Assembly: GCA_963702895.1 (NCBI GenBank)
Contig: OY969767.1
Span: forward strand, 1,152,001 to 1,216,000
From: an uncultured Elusimicrobia bacterium
GTDB taxonomy: Bacteria; Elusimicrobiota; Elusimicrobia; 2-01-FULL-59-12
Length of the DNA stretch: 64,000 bases
Reading direction: 5' to 3'
This document shows, in pieces, positions 1 through 9,968 of this stretch. The position numbers were made by a program, and so were the translations under genes. Each line of letters begins with the position of its first letter. Position 1 is the stretch's first letter. The notes below the pieces were generated by a model, which searched no databases, was not told where the DNA came from, and worked only from the letters and a program-made list of their open reading frames with translations.

Positions 1-471
1 AAGTCCTTCAAAGGACATACCGCCCGTGATGCAGCCGTCGCTCACGATCGCCACGACGCGGTGGTCCTGTTTGTTTTGATCGCGGGCCACGGCCATGCCG
101 AGCGCCGCTGAAATCGCGGTGGAGGCGTGGCCCGCGCCAAAGGCATCGTAGGGAGACTCATCGCGCCTCAGGAAGCCGGAGAGGCCGTTCATCTGCCGGA
201 TGGTGTCAAAGCGGTCTTTGCGGCCGGTCAGGAGCTTGTGCCCGTAGGTCTGGTGGCCGGTGTCCCATACGATTTTGTCTTGGGGCGTGTTAAAAACGTA
301 ATGAAGGGCAATGGTGAGTTCTGTGGCACCGAGCGAAGACCCCAGATGGCCGCCTCGCGACGAAACAACATCGAGGATTCGGTCGCGCATTTCGCGGGCA
401 AGCTGCGGTAGCTGTTCGCGGCGCAGTTGGCGGACGTCACGTGCGTCTTTGATTTGGTCAAGAAGTCCCAT
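1..471 (-). CDS. dxs: 1-deoxy-D-xylulose-5-phosphate synthase, N-terminal part (runs off window)
   Basis: Manual translation from ATG at 471 gives [17 protein letters not shown]...[13 protein letters not shown]; directly downstream of ispA. Confidence 0.93.
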   Translation of the reverse strand, partial: MGLLDQIKDARDVRQLRREQLPQLAREMRDRILDVVSSRGGHLGSSLGATELTIALHYVFNTPQDKIVWDTGHQTYGHKLLTGRKDRFDTIRQMNGLSGFLRRDESPYDAFGAGHASTAISAALGMAVARDQNKQDHRVVAIVSDGCITGGMSFEGL

Positions 472-472
472 T

Positions 473-1384
473 CTAGTGGTCCCTTTCAATGATGTAATTG
501 GCGAGCTGCTTGAGGACCTGGGCGCGTTTCCCAAAGGGCGCCAGGGCCTTCTTCGCGTCTTCGATGAGCAGCTGAGCCTTTGTTCTCGACTCTTCCAGGC
601 CATAAAGTGCCGGGAAGGTCAGTTTTTCGTTCTTCGCGTCAGAGCCGCTCTTGCCGAGCTTCGTTTTGTCCGCCACAACGTCCAAAACATCATCAGCGAT
701 CTGAAACGCCAGGCCGATTTTCTCCCCATAGTCGCCCAGGGCGGAGAACTGTCGGGGGGTAGCGCCGGACAGAGCGGCACCGGCTTGGAGGCTGGCGCGA
801 ATCAGCGCGGCGGTCTTATGCCTGTGTATGGCGGAGATCAAAGCGGCCTGGTTCTGGTGCTTCTTCCACTGGCCGCCGTCGGCCTGGATGTCCATGACCT
901 GCCCGCCCACCATCCCGAAGGTCCCCGCGCCGTGTGCGATCAACTGAACCACAGTCGGGACCAAGAAGGGCCGCACGCCGCGTATTTTAGCATTTTGGGC
1001 GATGAGCTCGAAGGCCTTGGTCAAGAGGGCGTCTCCCGCCAAAATGGCGATCGCTTCCCCATAGACTTTATGGTTGGTGGGACGTCCCCGGCGGAGATCA
1101 TCATCGTCCATGGCGGGGAGGTCGTCATGGACCAGAGAATAGGTGTGGATGAGCTCCATCGCGGCGGCCGTGGGCAGGGCGATTTCCGGCTTTTTGCCGC
1201 ATATTTCGGCGCCCATGAGGACGAGCACCGGCCGGAGCCTTTTACCCCCGGCGAAGACGGAATAGCGCATGGCTTCGTAGATGAGCTCGGGGTTGGACGT
1301 GGTCTTGTCCATGTAGTGGTCAAGCGCCTTTTCCACCATTTTTCGGCGCGTTTCGAAATAGCTGTGCAGCGGCTCCGGCATCAT
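473..1384 (-). CDS. ispA: Polyprenyl (farnesyl/geranylgeranyl) diphosphate synthase
   Basis: [22 protein letters not shown] and FQIADD motifs. Confidence 0.95.
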   Translation of the reverse strand: MMPEPLHSYFETRRKMVEKALDHYMDKTTSNPELIYEAMRYSVFAGGKRLRPVLVLMGAEICGKKPEIALPTAAAMELIHTYSLVHDDLPAMDDDDLRRGRPTNHKVYGEAIAILAGDALLTKAFELIAQNAKIRGVRPFLVPTVVQLIAHGAGTFGMVGGQVMDIQADGGQWKKHQNQAALISAIHRHKTAALIRASLQAGAALSGATPRQFSALGDYGEKIGLAFQIADDVLDVVADKTKLGKSGSDAKNEKLTFPALYGLEESRTKAQLLIEDAKKALAPFGKRAQVLKQLANYIIERDH

Positions 1385-1413
1385 AGGGGCGCTATTGTAC
1401 CTAAATTCTGGTC

Positions 1414-2217
1414 CTACGCTTCAGACAGGGTGTCGGAGAGCGGCACAAGTTCTGAGAAGCGCTGGATGGAGCGGGCTCGGCCGGTCAGTTCATCGACATC
1501 GAGCACGCAGCCGCACACCAAGGCATCTCCCGCGGCGACCTGGAGGGGTTGATGCAGGCCGGTGGTGAAGCGCTTCATGGTGCTGTTGATGTCGGCGCCG
1601 ATGATGCTGTTGAGCGGCCCGCAGGCGCCGATATCGGTGATAAAAGCGGTGCCCCCCGGGAGTATTCGATCATCGGCCGTTTGAACGTGGGTGTGCGTCC
1701 CAATCGCGGCGCTCGCGCGGCCGTCGATGTGCCAGGCGAGCGCCGCCTTTTCCGATGTGATTTCCGCGTGCAGATCAACCACGATGACTTTCGTCTCTTC
1801 CCTCAGTTTGGCGAGCTCCACGTCCGCGGTCTGAAAAGGGCAATCGGTGAGCGGCATGTAGACCCGTCCCATGAGTTGGAGGACCGCGACAAAGCTTCCT
1901 GACTTGGTTTCATAGACGCCCGAGCCATGGCCGGGGACCTTGGCGGGGTAGTTGGCCGGTCTCAGGAGCCGCGGGTCCTCGATGATGGCCTGGATTTCTT
2001 TGCGGTCGAAAGTGTGGTTGCCCATGGTAATGACATCGACACCTTCTTTCCACATTTCCTCGGCGTGTTTGGGGGAGAGGCCTTTCCCGTGGGCGGCATT
2101 TTCGGCGTTGACAATAATGAAATCCGGATGATGGGCGGCTCGCGCGCGCGGCAATACGGTGTAGAGCCCCTCGCGGCCTGAACGGCCAATCACATCACCA
2201 AAGAAAAGGATTTTCAT
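1414..2217 (-). CDS. ymdB: YmdB-family metallophosphoesterase
   Basis: MKILFFGDVIG, NAENAAHG, GNH, HAEITSEK and GTHTHVQTAD motifs; start set at ATG 2217. Confidence 0.92.
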   Translation of the reverse strand: MKILFFGDVIGRSGREGLYTVLPRARAAHHPDFIIVNAENAAHGKGLSPKHAEEMWKEGVDVITMGNHTFDRKEIQAIIEDPRLLRPANYPAKVPGHGSGVYETKSGSFVAVLQLMGRVYMPLTDCPFQTADVELAKLREETKVIVVDLHAEITSEKAALAWHIDGRASAAIGTHTHVQTADDRILPGGTAFITDIGACGPLNSIIGADINSTMKRFTTGLHQPLQVAAGDALVCGCVLDVDELTGRARSIQRFSELVPLSDTLSEA

Positions 2218-2221
2218 CAGC

Positions 2222-2884
2222 TTATTTCTTCGCCTTCGATCGCGGCGTTGTGAGAGGTTGTTGTTCCGTGCGGCCGGCGCCTTTGTCCTGCCCTTCGATG
2301 GGAGCGAGTGTCGGGGCAATGATTTGTTTTTCAGTCACGATGAAGTGCATGCGGATGTCATGGGTTTCCATGGGCAGATCCACGTGCGCGACTTGATTTT
2401 CAAAGGCCAGTGCCATGCGCACAGCCTTGGGCATGAAGGGAAGAAGCTTGTCGAAATAGCCCCCTCCAAACCCAAGCCGAGTCCCAAGGCGATCAAACGC
2501 GATCCCAGGGATAAGCGCCAGATCTACCTGCGCCGGGTCCACCAACCTTCTAAACTGTGGGTCCACTTGAAGAATCCCGCGGTGCGTGGTGGTGAGTTCT
2601 CCAAAGCGCTTGATTTCAGAAATCGGCGTTCCGTGACGTTCCGCATCGTGAATGGGGATCATCACACGCTTACGGAAGCGCAGGGCCTCCTGGATGATCG
2701 TATGGGTTTCCACTTCGGATCCGAAGGAGACGTAACAAAGAATGCGCTCGGCCGATTTCCAGGCGGGGTGCCCCAAGATGCGCTGGCGGATCATGGAGCT
2801 GTGCCTGAGCCTCAAGTCCTCTTCGAGGCCATCGCGCTTCTTTAAGAATTCTTTTCGGAGGGTCGCTTTGTCTGGGATCTCCAT
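2222..2884 (-). CDS. ygfA: 5-formyltetrahydrofolate cyclo-ligase
   Basis: K..LRK N-terminus, SEVET, PGIAFD..G.RLGFGGGYFD. Confidence 0.92.
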   Translation of the reverse strand: MEIPDKATLRKEFLKKRDGLEEDLRLRHSSMIRQRILGHPAWKSAERILCYVSFGSEVETHTIIQEALRFRKRVMIPIHDAERHGTPISEIKRFGELTTTHRGILQVDPQFRRLVDPAQVDLALIPGIAFDRLGTRLGFGGGYFDKLLPFMPKAVRMALAFENQVAHVDLPMETHDIRMHFIVTEKQIIAPTLAPIEGQDKGAGRTEQQPLTTPRSKAKK

Positions 2885-4200
2885 AAGGATAATCGTTTCC
2901 TGATCTCCGCTTCATAGCCCAGATCCGTGGGTTCATAAAAACCGGTCGGGTTGGGCCAATAGTTCTGTGGAACAAAGTGGCCCGGGTAGTCGTGGGGATA
3001 GAGATAACCCTGGCCATGGCCGAGCCCCTCCCGGTCGAGCGTCGCATCCTTCAGGTGGTTCGGCACTTCACGCATGGTGCCGGATTCTACTTCTTTTAAG
3101 GCTTGCTCTCCCGCCAGATAGGCCGCGTTCGATTTTGGAGCGGTGGCAATATAGGTGGCGGCTTGCGCCAGCGCAATGCGGCCTTCGGGCATGCCCACAA
3201 ACTCGACCGCAGCCAAGGCCGCGTGCGCCACAAGCAGTGCCCTTGGATCGGCGTTGCCCACATCTTCCGAAGCCGAGATAATGAGGCGCCGGGCGATAAA
3301 GCGTGGGTCGTCACCGGCCTTAAGGAGCCGGGCCATCCAGTAAAGCGCGGCGTCGGGATCTCCCCCGCGCAGGGACTTGATAAAGGCGGAGGCGATATCG
3401 TAATGCTGGTCCCCCGCTTTGTCATGGACCAGGGCGCGCTTTTGGACGCATTCCTCGGCGATTTTAAGCGTGATGAGCACCCGCCCCGCGGAGTCGGCAG
3501 GAGTGGTGAGCCCGGCGAGTTCCAGCGCGTTCAACAGGCGGCGCGCATCACCGCTGGCTTGCTGGATCAAGTGAGAGCGAGCCTCGGCTTCGAGCTGGAT
3601 GCGCAGTTGGCCGAGACCTCGCTCGCGGTCCGATAACGCAGAAGCGAGCACCTTCTCCAGTGCGTCTTCCGCCAGTGGCTTAAACTCAAAGACCTGAGCG
3701 CGCGACGTGAGCGCCGAGTTGACGTAGAAATAGGGGTTTTCCGTGGTCAGGCCGATCAGGGTAAAGAGCCCCCGCTCAACGTCCGGGAGGAGCGCGTCCT
3801 GCTGGGCCCGGTTGAAGCGGTGGATCTCATCGAGGATGAGGAGTGTTTTCTGGCCAGAGCTTTGGCGTCTTTCCTTGGCGCGGCTCATCACGGTGCGAAT
3901 GTCTGCGACACCTGCCGTGACAGCGTTCATTTCCTCGACCGCTGCCTGGGTTTTTCGCGCGATGAGCCTCGCGAGCGCAGACTTGCCGCATCCCGGCGGG
4001 CCAAAGAAGATGGCGGAGCTTAAACGGTCCGCCCGCACGGCGCGCCAGAGGAGTTTCCCTTCGCCGAGCAAATGGTCTTGTCCAGCCCATTCCTCAAGGG
4101 TACGAGGCGACATCCGGAGCGCCAGCGGCTCGGTGGTGGCGGCGGCCTCTGCCGGACGGCTAAAGAGTGACAACGTTGACGAAGACTCTGTTTTTGGCAT
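2842..4200 (-). CDS. rarA: Replication-associated recombination protein A (AAA+ ATPase)
   Basis: GPPGCGKS, DEIHRFN, TTENPYF, SAFIKSLRG, SEDVGNADP; start set at ATG 4200. Confidence 0.95.
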   Translation of the reverse strand: MPKTESSSTLSLFSRPAEAAATTEPLALRMSPRTLEEWAGQDHLLGEGKLLWRAVRADRLSSAIFFGPPGCGKSALARLIARKTQAAVEEMNAVTAGVADIRTVMSRAKERRQSSGQKTLLILDEIHRFNRAQQDALLPDVERGLFTLIGLTTENPYFYVNSALTSRAQVFEFKPLAEDALEKVLASALSDRERGLGQLRIQLEAEARSHLIQQASGDARRLLNALELAGLTTPADSAGRVLITLKIAEECVQKRALVHDKAGDQHYDIASAFIKSLRGGDPDAALYWMARLLKAGDDPRFIARRLIISASEDVGNADPRALLVAHAALAAVEFVGMPEGRIALAQAATYIATAPKSNAAYLAGEQALKEVESGTMREVPNHLKDATLDREGLGHGQGYLYPHDYPGHFVPQNYWPNPTGFYEPTDLGYEAEIRKRLSLWRSQTKRPSEKNS

Positions 4201-4220
4201 AAGACGGATGTGCGCAGTTG

Positions 4221-4511
4221 TTAGAGGCCGGAGGTGGCCTGTTCGAGCATCTTGATCCAATCGGCAGCTTTGCTTTCCAAATCCTTGGAACTCGAGCCTT
4301 TGGCTTCTTGGAGACGAAAGAGCTCATCGGTGATGTTCATGGCAGTCATCACTGAGAGTTTGTAGGAGTCGATCACCTTTGACCCTTGCTTCATCTCTTG
4401 CATCTTTTCTTCCACATATTGGGCAAGACGATTGACGTAAAGCTCATCGCCGGGGTTCGCTTCGACAGGGTACTCATGTCCCATGATCTGCACGTACATC
4501 ACGTTTTTCAT
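4221..4511 (-). CDS. zapA: Cell division protein ZapA
   Basis: V.I.G.EY, LA.YVEEKM and AMNITDELF pattern. Confidence 0.85.
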   Translation of the reverse strand: MKNVMYVQIMGHEYPVEANPGDELYVNRLAQYVEEKMQEMKQGSKVIDSYKLSVMTAMNITDELFRLQEAKGSSSKDLESKAADWIKMLEQATSGL

Positions 4512-4759
4512 GACGACCTCATATGATTCAGAGCTGCCAGGGCCCGTTCCACGCGGTGCGTGGCGGCATCGTGCTTTTTACGGAGTTGGTCCATATCGGC
4601 CATGGCGCGCTGAGCTTTGTGATTTTCGCCGGCGAGCATGGTGACTTGGGATTTTAAGGAGTCGCGCTCGGTTTTGAGATATTGGTTCTCCCTGCGAAGG
4701 GACCCAATCACTTCAACTACTCTTTTTATTTTTGCTTCTAGCTCTTCGGTTTTGCTCAC
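4508..4759 (-). CDS. ZapB-like coiled-coil protein
   Basis: 83-aa coiled coil (LEAKI...LRREN) overlapping the zapA start. Confidence 0.65.
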   Translation of the reverse strand: MSKTEELEAKIKRVVEVIGSLRRENQYLKTERDSLKSQVTMLAGENHKAQRAMADMDQLRKKHDAATHRVERALAALNHMRSS

Positions 4760-4800
4760 GTCGTGATCATACTACTTGACCGCCGTCGGGCTCAAGCGCG

Positions 4801-5109
4801 TTAGGCGGCTTTACGGCCTTTGCGAGGGATAATGGCGAGGTCCATGCCAAAAGCACGGAGAATCTGGTGAAGGCTTGCGATTTCCGGATTGCCTTTGTCG
4901 GAGAGAAGGCGATAGAGATGCCCCCGATTCATATGCAGCCGGCGCGAAAGCGCGAGAAGCCCCCCTTGCGCCTCGGCGACATTGCGCAGTGCGATCAGGA
5001 AATGTTTTCTGTCCCCTTCTTCCAGAGCGGCGTTGAGATACGCACAGGCTTCGAGCGGTTCTTTAAGATCTTTGATCAGTTCATCGTGGTAGCTAACACT
5101 CGGTTCCAC
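4801..5109 (-). CDS. Addiction module antidote (HigA-like HTH antitoxin)
   Basis: YLNAALEEGD...ALRNVAEAQGG...LYRLLSDKGNP; GTG 5109 follows AAAGGAG (ATG 5151 is an alternative start). Confidence 0.85.
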   Translation of the reverse strand: MEPSVSYHDELIKDLKEPLEACAYLNAALEEGDRKHFLIALRNVAEAQGGLLALSRRLHMNRGHLYRLLSDKGNPEIASLHQILRAFGMDLAIIPRKGRKAA

Positions 5110-5440
5110 GTATTCTCCTTTGATAGTCTTCCCAGTATGTTTTGGCTTCATCAATGTCCCTTTGTTGTGTACTCTTATCGCCACCGATTAAGAGGATTAT
5201 GAGTGAGAATCCGTCACAGCCAAAATAGATCCTATACCCCGGGCCCCAATTGATTTTAAGTTCTGAAACCCCCTGGCCTATCGGCCGCCAGTATCCCGGA
5301 TTGCCTTCGGAGAATCGCTCAAGCCTATTGCGTAAAACAGACCGAGCTTTACGGTCTCTGAGGCCTCTTAGCCACTCCATGAAAGGCATCCGGCCGCTCG
5401 GAAGTGTATAGGGCCTGAGTTCCTTGGGCCCCTCTAGCAT
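5093..5440 (-). CDS. Type II TA toxin, RelE/ParE superfamily (addiction module killer)
   Basis: PF.EWL..L.D, GVSELKI.WGPGYRIYF, GGDKSTQ.RDI. Confidence 0.9.
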   Translation of the reverse strand: MLEGPKELRPYTLPSGRMPFMEWLRGLRDRKARSVLRNRLERFSEGNPGYWRPIGQGVSELKINWGPGYRIYFGCDGFSLIILLIGGDKSTQQRDIDEAKTYWEDYQRRIRGTEC

Positions 5441-5454
5441 GGCCGGCTCTCAGG

Positions 5455-5483
5455 ATTGTACGGTATAGCGTGCAGATTTTCAA
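5455..5483 (-). promoter_or_regulatory. Sigma70-type promoter of the TA operon with overlapping imperfect palindrome (likely operator)
   Basis: TTGAAA-N17-TACAAT on minus strand; TGTACG-N6-CGTGCA overlaps it. Confidence 0.65.
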
Positions 5484-5495
5484 GGCATGTCCTCA

Positions 5496-5530
5496 TATCC
5501 CTTAGATGCAGAAGGGCGATTCATATTCAC
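5496..5530 (-). promoter_or_regulatory. Bipartite motif GTGAATA-N13-TGCATCTAAGGGATA, copy 1
   Basis: Same half-sites and spacing as copies at 18597-18631 and 33531-33565. Confidence 0.7.
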
Positions 5531-5541
5531 GCGGTCGTCGG

Positions 5542-5581
5542 AAAAAAAGAATACAGCGGAGACGACATATGTCGTCTCCGC
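5542..5581 (-). terminator. Probable intrinsic terminator after dinB
   Basis: Perfect 26-bp palindrome GCGGAGACGACATATGTCGTCTCCGC (5556-5581) followed on the minus strand by a T-rich tract. Confidence 0.7.
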
Positions 5582-5589
5582 CGTTTGCC

Positions 5590-6792
5590 TTAGAACTCTT
5601 CCAGATCCGGTACCCGCTGAAACGAAATTCGAGTGGGCGCGCCGTGCTGGGAGCTCTCGGGCATTCCCACCGAAAGCGTCCCTTTGCCGAACTTGGCGTT
5701 GATGCGGTCCATGGCCGTTCCCAAGTTTTCGCGCTGAGGATTGACGAGAAGCGAAAGCTGGTGGCAGCTTGCGGGAATAAGCTCCCGGAACGTGACAGAC
5801 ACGAGAAACGGGATGCCGCTGGGGCGCACTTTCCAGAGCTCCCGCAGCGCAGAGAGCGCGATGAGCGTGTCTTGCGTTTCTTCCAGGCGTGCTTCCTTTT
5901 CCCAGTACATATCCCCCAGATAACGAACCTGGGCCAGAAGGCGTCTCGCGTAGAACCCTTCTTTGCGCAGGCGAACCGCTGCTTTAACGAGGAGTTTCTT
6001 GATCACGCGCCAAGAGCCTTCTTCGGTGCGAAACTCCGGCTCCAGAACATGCTGGTGGCCTAAGCTCCGGTGGACCGATTCGGCCAGCCGAACGTCTTCC
6101 CCGCGCAGCCAGTCATGGAAGCGCCTTCCCACCACTCCTCCCCAGATGCCGGCCATGGCGCTCGAAGAAAGCTGGCAAAGAGCTTCTACCGTGGAAATGC
6201 CGCGTTCCTGGAGACGGCGCCCCATGCGGGGGCCAATCCCTGGGAAGTCCTGCAGCTTGAGCCCGTAGAGCGCCGCGGGAAGCTCTTCCTTCCGGAGCAC
6301 GGTCACGCCATTGGGCTTGTTCATGTCCGAGGCGACTTTGGCGAGAAACCGGTTGGGGGCCAGGCCCACCGAACAGGTCAGGAATTCCCCCACCTGATGC
6401 CGGAGCGCGGTTTTAATCTGTTCAACGAGCTGGAGCGCGTTCGGGAGCTCGCGCTGGGAACCGGAGAGTTCGCCGATCATCTCATCGATGGACATGATGG
6501 CGTCGATCGGCAGGTGGGCCCCTACGGCTTCCACGATCGCCTTGTGATAGAGGGTGTAGAGATCGTGGCGGGCGAGCACAAACGTAATGCCCGGGCAGCG
6601 CAGACGGGCCTCGGCGACGGAAGTGCCGGTTTTCACGCCAAACTTTTTGGCCTCGCGGCTGGCGGCGAGGCAACAGGTGGTCTCCGCGACAAGAGGGATA
6701 ACCCCTACAGGTTTTCCGCGCAACTCCGGTCGGGCCTGCTGCTCACACGACGCGAAGTAGCTGTCGAGATCCAAAAAGAACCATCGAATCAT
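5590..6792 (-). CDS. dinB: Y-family DNA polymerase (DinB/Pol IV-like)
   Basis: DLDSYFASCE, SIDE, LAKVASDMNKPNG, PGIG. Confidence 0.88.
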   Translation of the reverse strand: MIRWFFLDLDSYFASCEQQARPELRGKPVGVIPLVAETTCCLAASREAKKFGVKTGTSVAEARLRCPGITFVLARHDLYTLYHKAIVEAVGAHLPIDAIMSIDEMIGELSGSQRELPNALQLVEQIKTALRHQVGEFLTCSVGLAPNRFLAKVASDMNKPNGVTVLRKEELPAALYGLKLQDFPGIGPRMGRRLQERGISTVEALCQLSSSAMAGIWGGVVGRRFHDWLRGEDVRLAESVHRSLGHQHVLEPEFRTEEGSWRVIKKLLVKAAVRLRKEGFYARRLLAQVRYLGDMYWEKEARLEETQDTLIALSALRELWKVRPSGIPFLVSVTFRELIPASCHQLSLLVNPQRENLGTAMDRINAKFGKGTLSVGMPESSQHGAPTRISFQRVPDLEEF

Positions 6793-6947
6793 ACATATGA
6801 ATGATAGCAGATGAAGGGAGCCCGGTCACGGGCTGTGATCGGTTGGGATTTCCCCCCTCCTTCGTGGAGGACCTTTAGGCCGGGGGGTGTAGGCCTGACG
6901 GATTCAAGGGACTTCTGTCAGAGGGAGCGCCGCGCCCTGAGCCGCTC

Positions 6948-7145
6948 TTAGGCCGCAGGCGGCTTGGGGACAGGCGGTTCGGCGGTGAGCGTGGCGGTGG
7001 CCTGTTTTTCCGTGATAATCGCTTTTAACCGAAAGGCCAAGTCGACGGCCCGCCGGAGCGTCTTTTCGTCTGCGCTCGCCCTTTCACCGGCAATCACGCC
7101 AGCTAAAATAGTCGCCGACAACTTCGCTATTTCGTTTTCATCCAT
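6948..7145 (-). CDS. Small hypothetical protein
   Basis: ATG preceded by AGGAGGTG Shine-Dalgarno. Confidence 0.6.
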   Translation of the reverse strand: MDENEIAKLSATILAGVIAGERASADEKTLRRAVDLAFRLKAIITEKQATATLTAEPPVPKPPAA

Positions 7146-7256
7146 AGAAACACCTCCTCATGTCTTCCTACACATGATTCATCCATCTCTGGCTATCTGG
7201 ATAACGGGATCCGCGCGAAGGGCGCAAGGCCTACGCCCAGGCCGTCGATGGAGCGT

Positions 7257-7463
7257 TTAGACCTTCCGGACATTGGCCGCTTTGGGCCCCTTATCGCTCG
7301 ACTGCACATCAAACTCGATCCGATCGCCTTCCGCTAAACTTTTCGCACCCTCGCCCTGGATGGCCGAGGAATGCACAAACACATCCTTCGCGCCATTATC
7401 CGGCGTCACAAATCCAAATCCCTTCGCATCGTTGAACCATTTAACTTTGCCTGTCTGACTCAT
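7257..7463 (-). CDS. Cold-shock protein (CspA family)
   Basis: [31 protein letters not shown] before ATG 7463. Confidence 0.95.
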   Translation of the reverse strand: MSQTGKVKWFNDAKGFGFVTPDNGAKDVFVHSSAIQGEGAKSLAEGDRIEFDVQSSDKGPKAANVRKV

Positions 7464-7890
7464 GGGTTGTTTCTCCTTTGTATTCGATCGTAAAGTGGTA
7501 GTAAAGCTTGACCCCGCAGGCCATACGGGGGTCCATGTAGGAGCCCGCCTGGCAAATGGCAAGCCCCTCATGGGACTCCTTGGATGAATTCACGGCGTCT
7601 TGAAGGACTTCGGTCAAATGGAATTGTCCGTTGCCGCATGTACTGGGGCACGGAATTTGGAGTGTCAAGGGCTCATCAAGATTAAACATACGTGAATCCT
7701 GTCCGAGGGGAAGGCCAGAAGGCCCTTCCATGCGGATCGCGAGTTGCAGATGGCTGATCTGTGGAAATCTCTGACTCAGCGTTTCCGCATGATCCCGTGC
7801 GAGTTCGGCTTTTTCGTGACGAACCGCGCGCAGCTCATTTTTACTGGGTCCATGGCGGGCTCGCCGCTTACGATAGGATTTTGGAGGCAT
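7441..7890 (-). CDS. Hypothetical protein with four Cys (CPSTC...C...C), possibly metal-binding
   Basis: 149-aa ORF; no family recognised. Confidence 0.55.
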   Translation of the reverse strand: MPPKSYRKRRARHGPSKNELRAVRHEKAELARDHAETLSQRFPQISHLQLAIRMEGPSGLPLGQDSRMFNLDEPLTLQIPCPSTCGNGQFHLTEVLQDAVNSSKESHEGLAICQAGSYMDPRMACGVKLYYHFTIEYKGETTHESDRQS

Positions 7891-7905
7891 TCGTGAACGG
7901 CCGGC

Positions 7906-8073
7906 TTAGCCGCGCATGGGCACGGGCGGCCTTTTCTTAGATTTCGGAGGCGGGAGGCAGATGCAGCCCGTAAAGCCGCAGCCGATGCAGCAATAGACTT
8001 TCTTTTCGATATGAAAACCCTTGGTGGTGGCCCATCGGGATTTTCGCAACTGGCAGTTCCGACACTTTCTCAT
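7906..8073 (-). CDS. Small Cys-rich protein, metallothionein-like
   Basis: CRNC...YCCIGCGFTGCIC in 55 aa; TACAAT 5 nt before ATG 8073. Confidence 0.5.
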   Translation of the reverse strand: MRKCRNCQLRKSRWATTKGFHIEKKVYCCIGCGFTGCICLPPPKSKKRPPVPMRG

Positions 8074-8307
8074 TGGCCATTGTACCACTTTCTGACGCGC
8101 CTCGTCCGAATCAGGCCGGCCGTCACTGGCCGGAGTTTCGTGCTCCGTCGGAAGAGGAAGCCTCCCTTGAGCCAAAGATGAAGCCTCTCGGCAGAACGAT
8201 TGAGCAGGGGGCGCAAAAAGATTAGGTGTCTAACGGGGCGGTTGTCACATCGATCTGGACCGGATTGTGCGAAACTCGAGAACAAGTCCAAGGTCGCATG
8301 CGCCGCC

Positions 8308-9387
8308 TTAACGGGTCGACCGGTTCCAGAGACGTTCGAACTCCCGTTTGAAGCGAGGCGCCTGGTCATCGAGTACCACGAAGTTCTCATCGTTTCTTTG
8401 GGTCGCATTAGACGTCCAGTTAAAGCTCCCCGTGAGGACGTATCGGTCATCAAGAATAAGGAATTTGTGGTGCAGGATGCCTCCTTTGCTGCCCCGCTGG
8501 ATGCGTATGGGAATGCCGGCACTGCGCAAAAGATCGCTGACATCACGCTTTCCTGCGGCTTGCGTTTTGTCGTGGACGACGCGCACCTTCACGCCGCGGA
8601 GTTTCGCCTGGACCAGAGCCCTGGCGATCTTTTCATCGGTGAGGCCATAGATGGCGCCGTCAAGCGACTTTTCGGCTGAGGCAATCCAGGACGTCATGAC
8701 TTGGTCGCAGTGCCCGAGCGGACTAAAACACGTGTCAAGGGTCCTGGCTGCCAGCGGCAGAGCCACCAGGGTCAGCCCCGTGGCGAGAACCAGGCATGCG
8801 GCTCTCCTGGCTGTCCGCTTTTTCAACATCCAGAGGGCCAGGACGAGGTAAACCGCGGCCAGCGCTGCGTAGTTGGAGAGCATGAAGGTTTTGTTACCCC
8901 AGGAGGTGCCTTCATAAAACGGTGTCGGGAACGGCCAGAGGTAAGGCGTTGCAAAAAAACGGCTGGAGTGGGTCGGTATATCGCCCAGGATATGGAGGGC
9001 CCAGGCACCCAGCGGCATCAGTGACCGTAACGGAGTAACGGGGTAACGGGGTAACGGAGTCACGTCATTTTGTAATTGCTCTGACCCCGATACTCCGGTA
9101 CTCCGATACTCCGATACGGCCCAAAGTACTGCAAAGACGGCGGCCCACACCACCAAGCTGTGCGTGACATCGTAGGCATGATACACGTACGCGGGGATCG
9201 TGCTGGGGTCCGGCGGGCCGTGGCGGCCCTTCGCCCAGCGCTCACCGATATCACCCAAATGGGTCAGAAAGAAGGGGCCGAAAGATAAGAGGTCCGGTGC
9301 CACACCTGCGAGGAACGCCTGCTTCCAGCGCTTCTGGCAGAGTCCGAAGGCGGCCCCACCCCACAGTCCATGAGCTAGCGTGTCCAT
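8308..9387 (-). CDS. Membrane metal-dependent hydrolase-like domain in frame with a PLD/Nuc-family domain
   Basis: MDTLAH, PDL, THSL and HIL.D motifs; C-terminal FSP, HHKFLILD (HxKxxxxD), GSFNWT and NDEN. Confidence 0.75.
   Translation of the reverse strand: MDTLAHGLWGGAAFGLCQKRWKQAFLAGVAPDLLSFGPFFLTHLGDIGERWAKGRHGPPDPSTIPAYVYHAYDVTHSLVVWAAVFAVLWAVSEYRSTGVSGSEQLQNDVTPLPRYPVTPLRSLMPLGAWALHILGDIPTHSSRFFATPYLWPFPTPFYEGTSWGNKTFMLSNYAALAAVYLVLALWMLKKRTARRAACLVLATGLTLVALPLAARTLDTCFSPLGHCDQVMTSWIASAEKSLDGAIYGLTDEKIARALVQAKLRGVKVRVVHDKTQAAGKRDVSDLLRSAGIPIRIQRGSKGGILHHKFLILDDRYVLTGSFNWTSNATQRNDENFVVLDDQAPRFKREFERLWNRSTR
9027..9117. repeat. Inverted octamer-microsatellite hairpin inside a CDS
   Basis: GTAACGGR x4, then ACTCCGAT-like x4 in inverted orientation. 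Confidence 0.8.
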
Positions 9388-9393
9388 AGTGCC

Positions 9394-9621
9394 AGTATCG
9401 GAGTAACGGGGTATCGGGGTATCGGCGTAACAGCAGGTTGTGTGTAATAGAGCAACAGCGTAACAGCTGTATCGGAGTCCTGGGGTGTCCGGGCATTGTA
9501 GTGATGGGGAAACGGTGTAACGATATTGGGCAAGGGCTCAGTCCGAAGAAAAATCTGGTTTCCAGAATTTATCTGGTTGTTGGTGTGACCCCGGTACTCC
9601 GCTACTCCCATACACCGATAC
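9394..9621. repeat. Degenerate octamer repeats (GTATCGGR / GTAACRGN family), intergenic
   Basis: GTATCGGA GTAACGGG GTATCGGG GTATCGGC GTAACAGC ... TACTCCGC TACTCCCA TACACCGA TAC. Confidence 0.7.
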
Positions 9622-9626
9622 TAGCT

Positions 9627-9953
9627 TTAGCCGCCGCCGGTCCGCCGCGACATATTAAACTTCGGCACGGTGATCTGGGTATGTTTCTGACCGGATGGCT
9701 GAGCGCCCTGAGGTGGTTTGTGGGAGGTGCCGGACGGTGGGGCTTTGGCCGCCTCCGCCTTTTCCTGTTCGGCTTTTGCGGCGGCTGCTTTTTCCCCTTC
9801 CTGCCATTTCTTCTCGAGATGGTCATGGGTCACGGCGGCGTCTTTTTCTTCGTGGCACTTCTTATATTTCTTACCCGACTTGCAATGGCAAGGATCGTTT
9901 CTCCCCGGCAACTGAGCGGGTGGTGCATACGCGTCTGATTTTTTTCCGAACAT
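9627..9953 (-). CDS. SEC-C motif protein
   Basis: GRNDPCHCKSGKKYKKCH; AAGGAGG before ATG 9953. Confidence 0.85.
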   Translation of the reverse strand: MFGKKSDAYAPPAQLPGRNDPCHCKSGKKYKKCHEEKDAAVTHDHLEKKWQEGEKAAAAKAEQEKAEAAKAPPSGTSHKPPQGAQPSGQKHTQITVPKFNMSRRTGGG

Positions 9954-9968
9954 CGCTTCCTCCTTGTT

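Noticed and set aside
311..1552. Long plus-strand ORFs antisense to housekeeping genes (also 12161-13099, 16308-17231, 20368-21777)
   Set aside because: Shadow ORFs expected from GC-rich codon usage; the opposite strand encodes recognisable proteins.
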